This document shows, one piece after another, positions 12,501 through 24,396 of a stretch of DNA of 64,000 bases; the first letter of the stretch is position 1, and the number at the start of each line of letters is the position of its first letter. Source of the DNA: Azolla caroliniana (taxonomy: Eukaryota; Plantae; Polypodiophyta); contig JBHGNT010000016.1 in the NCBI GenBank assembly GCA_043228905.1, forward strand, positions 7,440,001 through 7,504,000. The letters are read 5' to 3'. The notes beneath the pieces were generated by a model. That model had not been told where the DNA came from. It saw nothing but the letters and a program-made list of their open reading frames with translations, and searched no databases. Made by a program: the position numbers and the translations under genes.

Positions 12501-14379
12501 CATCGACTACGATGAGACGTTTGCGCCGGTCGCGAAAATGACGACCGTCCGTGTTTTGCTGGCAGTAGCTGCGGCGAAGGGGTGGCACTTACATCAGATG
12601 GATGTAAAGAATGCGTTCCTGCAAGGTGACCTTGAGGAACAAGTGTACATGGTACAGCCCCCCGGATTTCACTCTGGAACAAACTCCTCGGCAGTATGCC
12701 GACTGAAGAAGTCCCTTTACATACTGAAGCAAGCCCCGCGTGCTTGGAACGCGAAGATCATGCAACAACTGCGTCGGATGGGCTTCGTCACGTCAAAATC
12801 GGACTCTTCCCTATTCATCCGGAAAGGTCGACTCGGACCGGTTAGTATTTTACTATATGTTGATGACTTGGTCATCACCGGCGCTGACCTAGGTGAAATC
12901 GACCGCGTGAAGCTCCAGCTTGCAGCATCGTTCGACATGAAGGATCTGGGGGACCTTCATTACTTCCTCGGGATCGAAGTGATCCGTACCCCCGAAGGCA
13001 TATTGATCAGCCAATGTCATTACGTGCTGAGTATGCTCTTCAAGCTCGAGATGGCCGACTGTAAGTCCGTCTCGACTCCTCTGGACAGAACCGTCAAGCT
13101 TCGTCCCGATACGGGGAAGGTATGCGACCTGACGAGGTTCCGACAAATTGTCGGAAGCCTTATATACTTGACCATAACCCGACCCGACCTCAGTTATCCG
13201 GTTAGGGTGATCAGTCAGTTCATGGCGCGACTTACCGAGGAGCACCTTCAGTGTGCGCAACGCATACTGCGGTACGTAAGTGGCACTAAGGACCGAGGAC
13301 TGCTATATCGGACCGGTGCAGCCATGCAGTTAGTCGGCTACACCAATGCTGATTGGGCTGGCAACGCCGCCGATCGCCGATCCACGTCTGGATACACGTT
13401 CTCCCTCGGGAGTGCCGCGATCGCGTGGAGCAGTAAGAAGCAGCCGACAGTTGCACTATCGAGCACCGAAGCGGAGTACCGAGGAGCGGCTGTCACGACA
13501 TGCGAAGCCATATGGTTGAAGCGGCTACATAAGGACCTGCAAGAGGAGGTATCAGATCCGACGACGATCTACTGCGACAACCTCAGCAGCATCCAACTCG
13601 CGAAAAACCCCATCTTCCACGCACGGACCAAGCACATTGAGGTGCACTACCATTTCGTCCGTGAGCGTGTCCTTTCCGGTGAAGTCGAACTTCAGTACGT
13701 GCCGACGGATCGGGAGGCTGCCGACATCTTCACCAAGCCTCTTGGTCTGGACAAGTTGCGGCAATTCTCAGGTGCGCTCGGATTGCGTCACCTTGACGTG
13801 CCGAACTTGAGGGGGAGAACAGTCCCGAACGACCAAGCAAGGCAGCAGGAAAGGAGCAGACACCGCGACACCGAGTCAGTTGACTCGTTTGTTGACTCAG
13901 TTGAAGACGGATCGGCTGTAGAAGCCGAGGGCGACTTCGGATCGGCTGAAGAAGCCGAGGGCGGACCCGCGGAAAAGTTCGAAAGCGGACAGAAGGGGAG
14001 CAACCGAAGGAGAGAGCCGAAGCCAACCACGCATGAGGAGGATGACGCCATCGAGGGCGAGAAGACCGAAGACGAGTTGGAGACAGCCAACTCGGACGAG
14101 AGCGAAGACCGATCGGAGGTAGCTGAGTCGGTTCGGATGTTTGATTCAGACACGCTGAATCAACTGAGGCCCAAGCCAAAGAAAAGGCAACAGAAGAAGC
14201 GTCAACACCGCAACATCAGAAGAGCTGATAAGGGCCGCATGAGCAGACAAGCTGACCGGAAGGGTCGAAGCGCGCGGAGTCGAACAGGTCGAGGAGCGCG
14301 AGCAAGGCGTGAAGCTAGGAGGAACCGGTGCTGTGAAGATCCCGAAGAGCCTCAAGTTGAGCTTGAGGGGGAGTGTTGA
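9513..14379 (+). pseudogene. Copia gag-pol polyprotein, disrupted
   Basis: In-frame ORFs 9513..9842, 9846..10052, 10056..10583 and 10695..11243, then a frameshift near 11230 into 11008..14379. Confidence 0.93.
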
Positions 14380-14761
14380 GAGACAAGCTCAACATCGGCC
14401 GGATCGGCTGAAGAAGCCGAGGACCGGATCGGTTGGGACCGATCGGTTAGGCCGAGTGCGTAAACCGGGAGGTCGTTAGGAAAGATATTCCCTGAGGAAT
14501 ATATTTGGGAGTTAGTGTAGGGGCTCTTGATGAGCATTGAAGTACTGTCAGTACTTCGGTCAGTCCTTTTAGGACTTGTATAAAAGTGCTCACTGAGCAC
14601 GTCTTATGTACAAAGATTGAGTATTATTGTGAAATATAGTTTTTTGTGTTCTCTCTCTCTGTCTCTCCTGCGTATACCGTGTAAGCTCAAGCTCTCCATT
14701 AAACCTGTGTTTCCTTCCTCTGTTCTGTCTTCATACCTACTTCCGCACGCTACTTTCTACA
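14374..14761 (+). repeat. 3' LTR of the full-length copia
   Basis: Follows the PPT, matches 9053-9440, and is followed by TSD ACATG. Confidence 0.97.
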
Positions 14762-15099
14762 ACATGTGTTCAACATTCTTGGCGGAGATTTGACTATGAC
14801 ACCTATTTATTGTGCCTAACTAACAAAACATCTTACTTAGTATGCCAGAAGTAAGTGATGTTAATCCTCTACTTGGTTTTCATTGCTTATGAGCAAGTTC
14901 CAAGAAATGTAAGGGCTCTTCAAGGCCCAAGACTCATGGGGATAGTGACACGTGGTTGGATACGTTCTAGCATTCCTATGTTGTTTTGACATTTTCGCCT
15001 CTTCCCATTTTAGCCTCTTCAATAGTATTAAAAACGTCTGAAGGTTACAACTTGAAGTTATTTGCCCAGAGGCTTTCAACGTAGAATAAAAGACATTGT

Positions 15100-16627
15100 A
15101 TGTACAACAAAAACATGTACATACATAAACAACTTATAAAGGGGTGTTGAAACTCGATATGGTACATTATCATGGTGTACTGATATTCAAGAAAGAGTAC
15201 ATGGAAGTCGATAGTTCAATTGAGGCCCTTGATCTGACACTACAAAGAGGGGCAACTTCCTCCAGAACTGAAGAAGCTTCGTCCTTCTCTTATGAACATT
15301 TTCAAGAGAACCATGCATATTATCATACTGCCCACGGACTACTGTCATCAGATACATCTGAAGGACCAAGATTTACTACATCATAAAGTCAACTACATGA
15401 TTCTGCATTTCCATAATATACCCATAACGTTACCGTAGTCACTGTTTTCCAGACATGAACAGATTGCACCTACTTTCGTTGCTCAAACGAACTAACTTAT
15501 ATCAATTTTCTATTGTGTACTGTCATGGCATTGTGAATATCTTCTAGCTCATACAACATCAAGTTGGAATGTAAAACTCCCCACACCGTTGCTCCCCATG
15601 AGAACAAGCAACCAACATTGATCGTTAGGAATAAAGAAAGAACTTTATTCCATACTTGTTGAGCCAAGAGACAATACCAAGGGGCATATGCTTGGTATTC
15701 TATTGAGTTGTTGAGTGAAAGCCACATTGCCTGACATTAGGTGCAACATTCCCTTTCAATGACTGGTCAACTGGTAATGTTGCATGCACTAATAGCCATC
15801 TAAAATGAATAAATTTAGTAGGCCCCTCGAAAGACTAGATCCATCTTCAGTAGGTTTTCAACTGCAAAGTTGAAACACCCCAATTAGTCCAATGTTTTTG
15901 AGCTGTTAGCACTGTTACATTCCTAGACATCAGTAATGACCTTTCAAGCTTCATTGAATACTGAAAGAAGGGAACCTTTATGATTTGTTCCCCCAAGGAG
16001 TATGACTAGAACCAACCCCCCCAATCCCATAGTAATCTTGTAACAGGTTCTTTTGCATAAAACCACATCATATAACACATATCAGCGATGGAAGGATAAG
16101 GATCAAGCACCCACTTAGTTCTCATTTTAGCAACCACTCAGACTGGTGCATTCCGCACATGTTGTAGATAATTGTAGTCAAAGGCATGAGGTTGCAATAT
16201 GTTGTTGTCAAGAACCTCAAAATAAGAAATGCACCCATTAGATGAGACACCATTGACAACCAACGATGTTTCATTTATGAAGCATCCAAACCAAAAATGT
16301 TCCTACATGGGTTGAAAGGTTACAAACAACAAGGAATATGACACTGAAATGGCAACAACCATTATCTTGGCACCATGAACAACTTGTAAATGTGCAAGAC
16401 GATCTTCTTGTGGTATCAACTGGAATTGAATCCAAGTGCTTACAGACACAGTTGGCCCATTATCCAATTTATCCCAAGCAAGGTGAGTTCTAATGCCAAA
16501 CACTTTTCTTGCATTATCCGAAATGGAGAATTTGCGAGAAGAGGTTGATTAAGCAGTGCATCCCAAGTGGAAGGAGACGTAATCCCATCCCATGCCCTTA
16601 TGATTCCTAACAAAAATAGATTATATG
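15100..16627 (-). mobile_element. Degenerate L1/Tx1-like LINE, 3' part of ORF2 (post-RT region and zf-RVT-like motif); continues at 37386
   Basis: Minus-strand fragments GIIRAWDG...LLNQPLLAN, FRWLLVHATLPV and C.xCQ...WYCLLAQQVW parallel the LINE at 46760-50658 (VMKAW...HQPLLWN; FWLITHRVVP; HFLWSCLRAQEVW). Left boundary is approximate. Confidence 0.7.
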
Positions 16628-17062
16628 TGTTAATAAGTAGGTAATTAAGCAAGGGTTAATTAGCGATTAATTATGTGATTAAGTTAAGCAGCGGAAGGTT
16701 AAGTGATATGTGTGTGTATGTGTGTGAGAGGAAGAGAGAGAGGAAGATACACTTATGAACAACAACACAAGATGGGGGATGATTAACGAGAGTGTATATT
16801 AGAAAGAATCATCTTCATCAAATACAAAAATACCTACAATGAGGTATATATAAATCTCATGTGTGAGGAGAATATAGGTACAAAGGTGTAAGTCCTATAT
16901 TAAATGAACATGGGAGTGGAAGATCTACAATGTATCCCACTCAAGTACAAAATCCTATTTAAGGCTTTAAGGTCAACTCGCTAACTAGATTTTATCTAGG
17001 TAACTACTAAGTTACATGTTTTGACTAACTAACTAAATCTAGTTGAGCTTGATATCTCAACA
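16628..17062 (-). repeat. 3' LTR, copia family C (about 435 bp)
   Basis: TG...CA termini; adjacent CGCCCCCTCAAG is the reverse-complement PPT. Similar to 38862-39321 and 37183-37385. Confidence 0.9.
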
Positions 17063-17836
17063 CGCCCCCTCAAGCTCAAGTGTGAGGCGTCTAACATCCG
17101 CTTTGGCTTTCTTCGGCTTCCTTCCGGCGTTCAATGTTAGCTTCTGTCCGATTTTCAGCATTGGTATTTTCGTGGTAGCAGTCTCGGTTCCTTTTTACTC
17201 AGGGTGTCCGCATGATGGGTACACCAAACTCAATGTCTAGTGAGAGAGCCGACACATCCAAATCATTGTCGTCAGGGTGATCGACTTCGGATTCGGGCAT
17301 CTTACATTTGCCTTTGTCCAAGTTCGGACTTGCCCACGACATGATTGGAATGCTTGAAGGCTCATGTGGGTTTTGATTGTCCTTTGGTAGAGGACGTGTC
17401 CAAATATCGTCCTTCGAGTTTACATTCAATTGTTCCTTGGTTGGGTCGGGTGGAGCCGAATCGGGCTTATACCAAGATGTTGATTCGTTGAAGACTATGT
17501 CTCGACTCACCCGAACCGCTCGGGTCAAAAGGTTATAGCACTTGTATGCCTCCTTCGCGTCGGGTTTCTATCAGTTTTCGTTCGAGATGCTTCCGAAAAA
17601 AATTCTTCTGAACACCTTGAGGTGCGACAGGATCGGCTTATTTCTAACAAGGAGCTCATATAGAGTTAGCTCATGCACTCCATTGGTGGTGCATCGATTC
17701 ATGAGATAGACGGTTGTGGATTCCGCTTCGGCTCAATAGAAGTTCAGCATGCGCTTCTCATGCATCATGGCGCGTGCTACCTCGAGTATTTTCCGATTCT
17801 TCCTTTCGGCTACTCCATTTTGTTGGAGTGTGTGTC

Positions 17837-18292
17837 TGTTACGAGCATTACCATTTAATATCCCGTGGTGAGAATTTATCGTAGTATTCTATACACGTGG
17901 ATAAGTGTGAGGGTTAAATGAGAGTGTAAAGAAGGGGAGGATTACTTTTAATCCTCGGGATTGAGACAACCCATTAGGTCAAGTGTGAACTTGCCTGGGG
18001 GCCTTGGGTATTGCTATAAATAAGAGGCCTAGCTACCCTCATTTGATGATCTTTTTGACTACATCGAGACTGTGCTCTTGTGGTGGGTCAACTCTTGTAG
18101 CGAGCGCGCCAACACCAGGTACGACTCGACGCCACGGCGGTGGTATGGGACGCTGATCGAGGCTCGAGTCTGTCTCGATCCCTTCGCTCAGGGGTGGTCG
18201 GGTGGATCGCCACCCTTCTTTCTCTTTCTCCTTTCTATCTATCATTTGTTTATCCTTATCTTAAGCTTACTTTAGTACTTAGATCTCTAATA
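17837..18292 (+). repeat. 5' LTR of the chromovirus
   Basis: Direct repeat of 24397-24852, roughly 18 substitutions by eye. Confidence 0.96.
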
Positions 18293-18544
18293 TTTGGTAT
18301 CAGATTTATGTACTAATGTTTCTTTGTTTTTCATTTGTCTTTTGATTGATGTTGATCGATCGTTGTGCAGTCAGCCTTGATCCAGACAACGATCAACAAA
18401 GAACTTCGGTAACTCTTTCCATAATTATTTTTTTTTCTTCTATTCTCTCTTCTCCCATCTAATCATGTGTTTAGTTTATATGTCAATTTTTTTCATTAAG
18501 TCAATGATGTTGTAGTGGTCTTTAATTGATTATCTAAAACGTTT

Positions 18545-18820
18545 ACATATGTGCACGAGGTCAATACCTCGTTTGACATATTAATAATATGTGATGAGTG
18601 TCGTATGCGTACGAGGTTAATACCTCAATTACGTATTACATTCACGAACATATGTTACGTTTGTGTATGAGTTTAATACCTTGATTTGTTGTAAACGATA
18701 TGCAGTTGGTCTCGTATGCGTAAGAGGTCAATACCTCAATTGCGTATTACAATGATCTCTTATTTGTGGATGTTTCGTGTGCGTAGAGGTATATACCTCG
18801 ATTACGTATCTCGATCACAT
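18545..18820 (+). repeat. Array of five imperfect stem-loops (GAGG-TYAATA-CCTC apex) in the chromovirus 5' leader
   Basis: Apex motifs at about 18557, 18613, 18669, 18724 and 18786, a period of 55-62 bp. Confidence 0.8.
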
Positions 18821-21800
18821 CATTTGTGGCTATTTAATATAACGATATGTTAATATAGGCATATGTGGTCACGTATATACGTATTTTATCGTATATATGT
18901 GATAAGTAAACATATGTGTATATTCGTTATTACGTGATTATATCGAAAGTTGTCCTTGTCGGGAAAAGGATGTTGGTGGCCGTCCTCACATTTTTGTGAG
19001 AATGGCATTGTCACCATCCCTTTTTCAACAATTTTTTATTGTTGACAACCCCGTTGATGACCTCGATTTCGTTACGTAAAGAAACGCCTATAGCCATAAT
19101 GATGTTGAGTACGTAGGGCTTGACCCATTTCAAGTGAGGTCGCTCCAATGACACACGTATCCAACATCCCTCCCTCATTACATGGATACGATGCCACCAT
19201 GAGCTCGTTCTTACGAGAGGCATTCGTAATGACGTGACCATGTAATGGGCCACGTGAGCCTACTGCGAAACGAGGGCTCATTTGGCTTGACCATTAGGTT
19301 GCACTTTGGCGTATGCCATCGTAATTACGAGACTTGAGGTTAGGTAACGTACCAACATAGTTTTGGTAAATGAGGGCGAAATAAGGACCCTTGACATATA
19401 TGTTCTTTTAGAAAAAACATATATGATCTCGCATATCTCTTATATGCATCAAACATTAAGCATTCAAGAAGAGCAACTTACTTGGTTGGCTCAAGTGTTT
19501 AATGTATTTGTTCTTGAGGTCTCGAGTTCAAATATGACCAAGACCATACAACATCCTTGATACATATGACTATAACACATGTTTAGACTTAAGGTCTAAG
19601 TGCACCTCGGGGTCCTCATAATAGGACTTAAAGAGCCGAAACCACATATGTGGGCACCGAAACATAGTTTATTGTTTACATTTTTTTCGTGTATAAACTA
19701 TTCATGACGCGAACATACATGGTTGAGCCTCGGGGAGCCACCATGAAAAAATCGATATAGAGATCAGGGAAAGACATTTATTTGTCACCACCATGGTTTT
19801 TAAAACACCTTTGTGTTACCATAGTAACCTGATCTTGAACCTCATCTCATACGTCTAGAGGGGTATTGACGTGAGATCATGATATCGATTAATGTTTGCC
19901 CATGATATGTTTACATCACGACATGATGTTATGACTATCTCTTTGACCTTATCCTATTTCTTTTCCAGAAATAATCTTTAATGGCTCAAATTAACGACCC
20001 GATGTCATCCGCTCAAGCGTAAGGAACTCAAGGGAATCCTCCTGGACAAATGTCCACTGAGATGTATTTGGCACAAATAACCCAATACCTTAGTTTCACC
20101 GCTCAACAGATGACCGAACTTCGGCAATCTCAGAGTGCTCTTGAGGCACGTGTCATTAGTCTACAACGTGAGACTAATAGACCTGATGAGCGACAAGGTG
20201 AACCATCATTTGTCGTTAAGCCATTTACGAGAGACAAAAAGGAAAGAACCGAAGAAGCAATCTGCACATGGCTGGGACGATGGGAGTCTCATTTTGAGCT
20301 CTATCCCACGCCAGATAGTACAAAGATTGCATATGTCGGCCGAGAACTCGGGGGTAAGGCCGCCGCCTGGTGGCGTGGGCTCCGTACTATGGGGAAATTG
20401 CCCGATACCTTGACAGATTTTCTCACGGTTTTTAAGGGCCAATTTCTGCAACCTCCCTCTCGAACCAAGGCAGCACAAGCTTTAATGAACCTCTTAGCAG
20501 GAAATTTTCCTCTCTAGAAGACTATGTTCACCATGCTAGAACCCAAATCCAAAAATCGGGTCTAGAAGGGGACAATTGGTTGATAGCTTGTTTTGTCAAT
20601 GGCATCCCCAATTCGGACTATCACTGGATAGTGCACGATAAGGATCCAAAATCCTTCGAAGAGGCCATTGAAATAGTTCTTCGCTATCAACACACTTCGA
20701 AGAAGGACCACAACAAACCCAACGAATCGCCCAGGACTAAGCAGTCACAATTTGTTGGGAAACGCAAGACACCCAACGAATTCCTGGATCGCGATTGTAA
20801 GCGACAATATCCGTTTTGCATATTCTGCAAAAAGAAGGGTCATACAAAAGATCAATGTCGAAAGCTCCAATGGAAAGAGCACAACAACAAAGCTAAAGCT
20901 GCAGACCATAAAGGTTAGATTCCTAATGTCCTTCAGGTCTATACACATCATTTAAGTAATTGTCAATGTTCTTTCCCTCACTATGTATTGGGTCCCAATG
21001 ATTTACTACGTGCAAATGGGTATATCAATGGATCTCCCGTACAATTTTTATTTGATTCGGGAAGCTCACACAATTTTGTGAATGATCGTTTGGTTCAGAT
21101 ATGGGGAATCCAACCCACCGTAAGTGATCACACCTACATGGTGCACTTGGCTGATGGAAGAGTACAATACATCAACGGGGCGATTCATTCATTAGGAATT
21201 TCTATTGATACTTATATAGAGGAAGTAGACTTCCATGTAATGAATCTTTGTACCACCGATGTAATACTGGGTTATCCCTGGTTTTATAATAAAAACTCTT
21301 CTTTATTTATTGATTGGGTTCGCCATTCCATTTCTTTTGTACTGAACGATTGTACGCAATTTATTCAATGTGTAAAAAAACAATCCCTCTCGATTGTTTC
21401 CTCGTGTCCATCAATATCCGAGTTGTCTTGTTCTACGTTATTTTATTGTGTACTTGATCCGGACATTCACGTTTACAATATCGATAATGTCCCGGTTCAA
21501 TTAACATATTTTGAACAACAACTTGATGAAATCTTAAATGATTTTCATGATGTTTTTCCAAGTGAACTACCTGATGGGTTACCTCCTAAACGTAATATAG
21601 ACCATCATATAGATATTGTACCTGGTGTTGCACCAATAAGTATACCTCCGTATCGCTTAAGTCGATCCGAAGAAGATGAGGTATCTAAGCAACTCAAGGA
21701 ATATTTACGAATGGGTTATATACGTTATAGTAAATCTCCATGGGGTGCACCAGTTCTCTTGGTTAAAAAGAAAGAGGGCACATGGCGTATGTGTATTAAT

Positions 21801-24396
21801 TACCAACGCTTGAATAAAGTGTCGATCAAGAATTCGTACCCATTGCCCCGGGCTGACGATCTAATTGACCGTCTCCAAGGAGCTCGGTATTTTACGAAAC
21901 TTGATCTCCGTACTGGCTACCATCAAATACGAATAAGTGAGGACGATGTTCCTAAAACGGCATTTCGTACGCGCTATGGCCATTACGAGTTTTTGGTTAT
22001 GCCTTTTGGTTTGACCAATGCTCCGGCTACTTTTCAACAAGAAATGAATGACATTTTCCGAGAACAACTTGGAAAATTTGTCTTTATTTTCTTGGATGAT
22101 ATTTTAGTTTATAGCCGTACATTACAAGAACATGCTAGACATGTCCGCTTTGTTTTACAAACATTGCGTGACAAACAATTTTATGCAAAGATCTCAAAAT
22201 GTGAGTTCTTCAAGAAATCAATTACTTATCTAGGACATCTCATAACCGAATGAGGAGTTGAAATTGATCCTTCTCGCATTGAGAAAATCAAGCTTTGGCC
22301 CACTCTTCGGAATATTCGAGAAGTTCGATCATTCCTTGGTTTTGTCGGGTTTTTGCGAAAGTCTCTTCGTAATTACTCCCAATTGACGACGTCGTTTACT
22401 GATCTTTTAAAAGGTCAAACGCGTAAGTCTACAAAACCTATTGTGTGGAATGCTACACTAGACCTCGTCTTTAAGGAACTCAAGGACCTGGTTTGCAAGG
22501 CTCCTTCACTTCTTTTACCTGATCCTTCAAAACCTTTTGAGGTTGAAACCGATGCCAGCGATTATGCTATAGGTGTTGTCTTGTATCAAGATGGTAAACC
22601 AATAGCATTCGAGAGTAAGAAACTTGATTCTGCTCAATGTCGGTATACCGTTCAAGAAAAGGAATTATTTGCAGTTATACATGCGCTCAAAACATGGCGC
22701 CATTATCTTTATGGAAATCGCTTTGTGGTAACTACAGACCACGAGTCCTTGAAATATTTTTGTGACCAACAAGACTTGAAAGGTCGTAAGGCACGATGGG
22801 TTGATCTTATCCAGGACTTTGATTTTTCCATACGATATCGTAAAGGTTCCATGAACACTGTCGTTGATGCACTAAGTCGCATCCGTGAAGTTAACATGCT
22901 TAGCTTCACTGAAATAACATCAGATCTTTATGATCACCTTCGAGGAAAGTATCCTGATGACAGTTATTTTGCAAAATACTGGGCAAGAGTTGAGTCTAGA
23001 ACAGACACCACCACATCCTCGAAGGAATACTTCCACATTGCTAACGGTTTGCTCTACCGTAATGGGAAGGTTTGTGTTCCAGATTTACCCGAGGTCAAAA
23101 AGAGGATTCTTTTTGAATGCCATGATGCACCCTCAGCAGGGCACCCTGGAATACATCGTACACTCGTTCTCATTTCCACTCAATTTTATTGGCCTAAGAT
23201 GCGTCCTGACATACATAACTATGTGACTAAATGTCACCAGTGTCAGGTTAACAAAGTCGAGTGACTTAAAGCCGCAGGACTTTTACATCCCTTGGACATT
23301 CCCAATAATAAGTGGGAAAGTATATCCATGGATTTTATTGTTAGCCTTCCTCGCACCCAAAAAGGTCATGATGCCATCTGGGTTGTCGTTGATCGACTAA
23401 CTAAAATGGCTAGATTTATTGCTACTAAAACCACGGTAATAGCTCCTGAATTGGCTTACCAATTCGTTGACGAATTGTTTCGTCTTTATGGGTTACCGAT
23501 GGATATCGTGAGTGATCAAGATCCAAGGTTTACTAGTGACTTCTGGACGCAAGTCTTTAAGAAGTTAGAAACTACGTTGAGCATGAGCTCCACGGATCAT
23601 CCTCAATCTGATGGACAGACAGAACGAGTAAATCAAATTATTGAGGACATGCTTCGAGCATACGTTGGTGCAAAACCAACAAAATGGGAACGTTATCTCC
23701 CAATTTTGGAGTTTGCTTATAACAGCTCCAAGCATACGTCGACGGGATATAGTCCTTTTATGTTGATGTATGGTTTTCAGCCATGAGCCCCGATTGATGT
23801 TAATATACATCATGATGAGTTGCGAAGTACGCAAAACTTTCTTCGGGATATGCAAGATATGTTGCATATTCCACGAGATAATATAAAAACAGATCAAGAT
23901 AGAGCGTGTTTTTATGCCGATTATCATAGGCAACCTCGTGTATTCAACCCTGGACAGAAGGTATTTTTACGTGTACCTCACAATTCTAAGACATTGTCTA
24001 TGGGTAAGTGCGCTAAGTTAGCCCCACAGTTTTGTGGACCTTTTACAGTCCTCAAACGCATTGGGTCATCAGCCTATCGTCTCGCTCTTCCCGATGGTGT
24101 TGGAATTCATCCAGTCTTTCATGTGGGTCGTCTAAAAGAACTTCTAGGTTCTGGCGACAATACAGTTACAACTGAAACTCTGGTTACTTCTGAAGAATTA
24201 TCTTCTAAACCACATGTACCAGAAAGAATTCTCGATGTTAAAACAAAAAAATTACGTACTAAAGAAATCCGAGAATTTAAAATAAAATGGATGGATAAAT
24301 CAATAAAAGATGCCACATGGGAACGCGAAAATACTCTCAGAACTAATTTCCCTAACTTTCCATTGCAAGAGTGCAATGTTTTAAAGAGGGGGAGTA

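Larger units (their letters stand above)
9053..14761 (+). mobile_element. Full-length Ty1/copia LTR retrotransposon (gag-PR-INT-RT-RH plus C-terminal extension), inactivated by three stops and a frameshift
   Basis: 388-bp LTRs at 9053-9440 and 14374-14761 (TG...CA), TSD ACATG on both sides, PBS TGGTATCAGAGC at 9441-9452, PPT at 14362-14373. Gag starts at 9513; zinc knuckle CWYCGKKGHRESEC, protease WYVDSSASNHM, integrase HSDVWGP...EQNGVAERKNR, RT LLYVDDL. Confidence 0.98.

Noticed and set aside
18545-18820. CRISPR-like repeat-spacer array
   Set aside because: Repeats are degenerate, spacers are related and base-pair with each other, the context is a eukaryotic retrotransposon leader, and no cas genes are present.
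20916-20918. Programmed stop-codon readthrough between gag and pol of the chromovirus
   Set aside because: Gag and pol are in frame, but the element has several other TAG/TGA stops from decay and no recognisable readthrough context; a single copy cannot distinguish the two.
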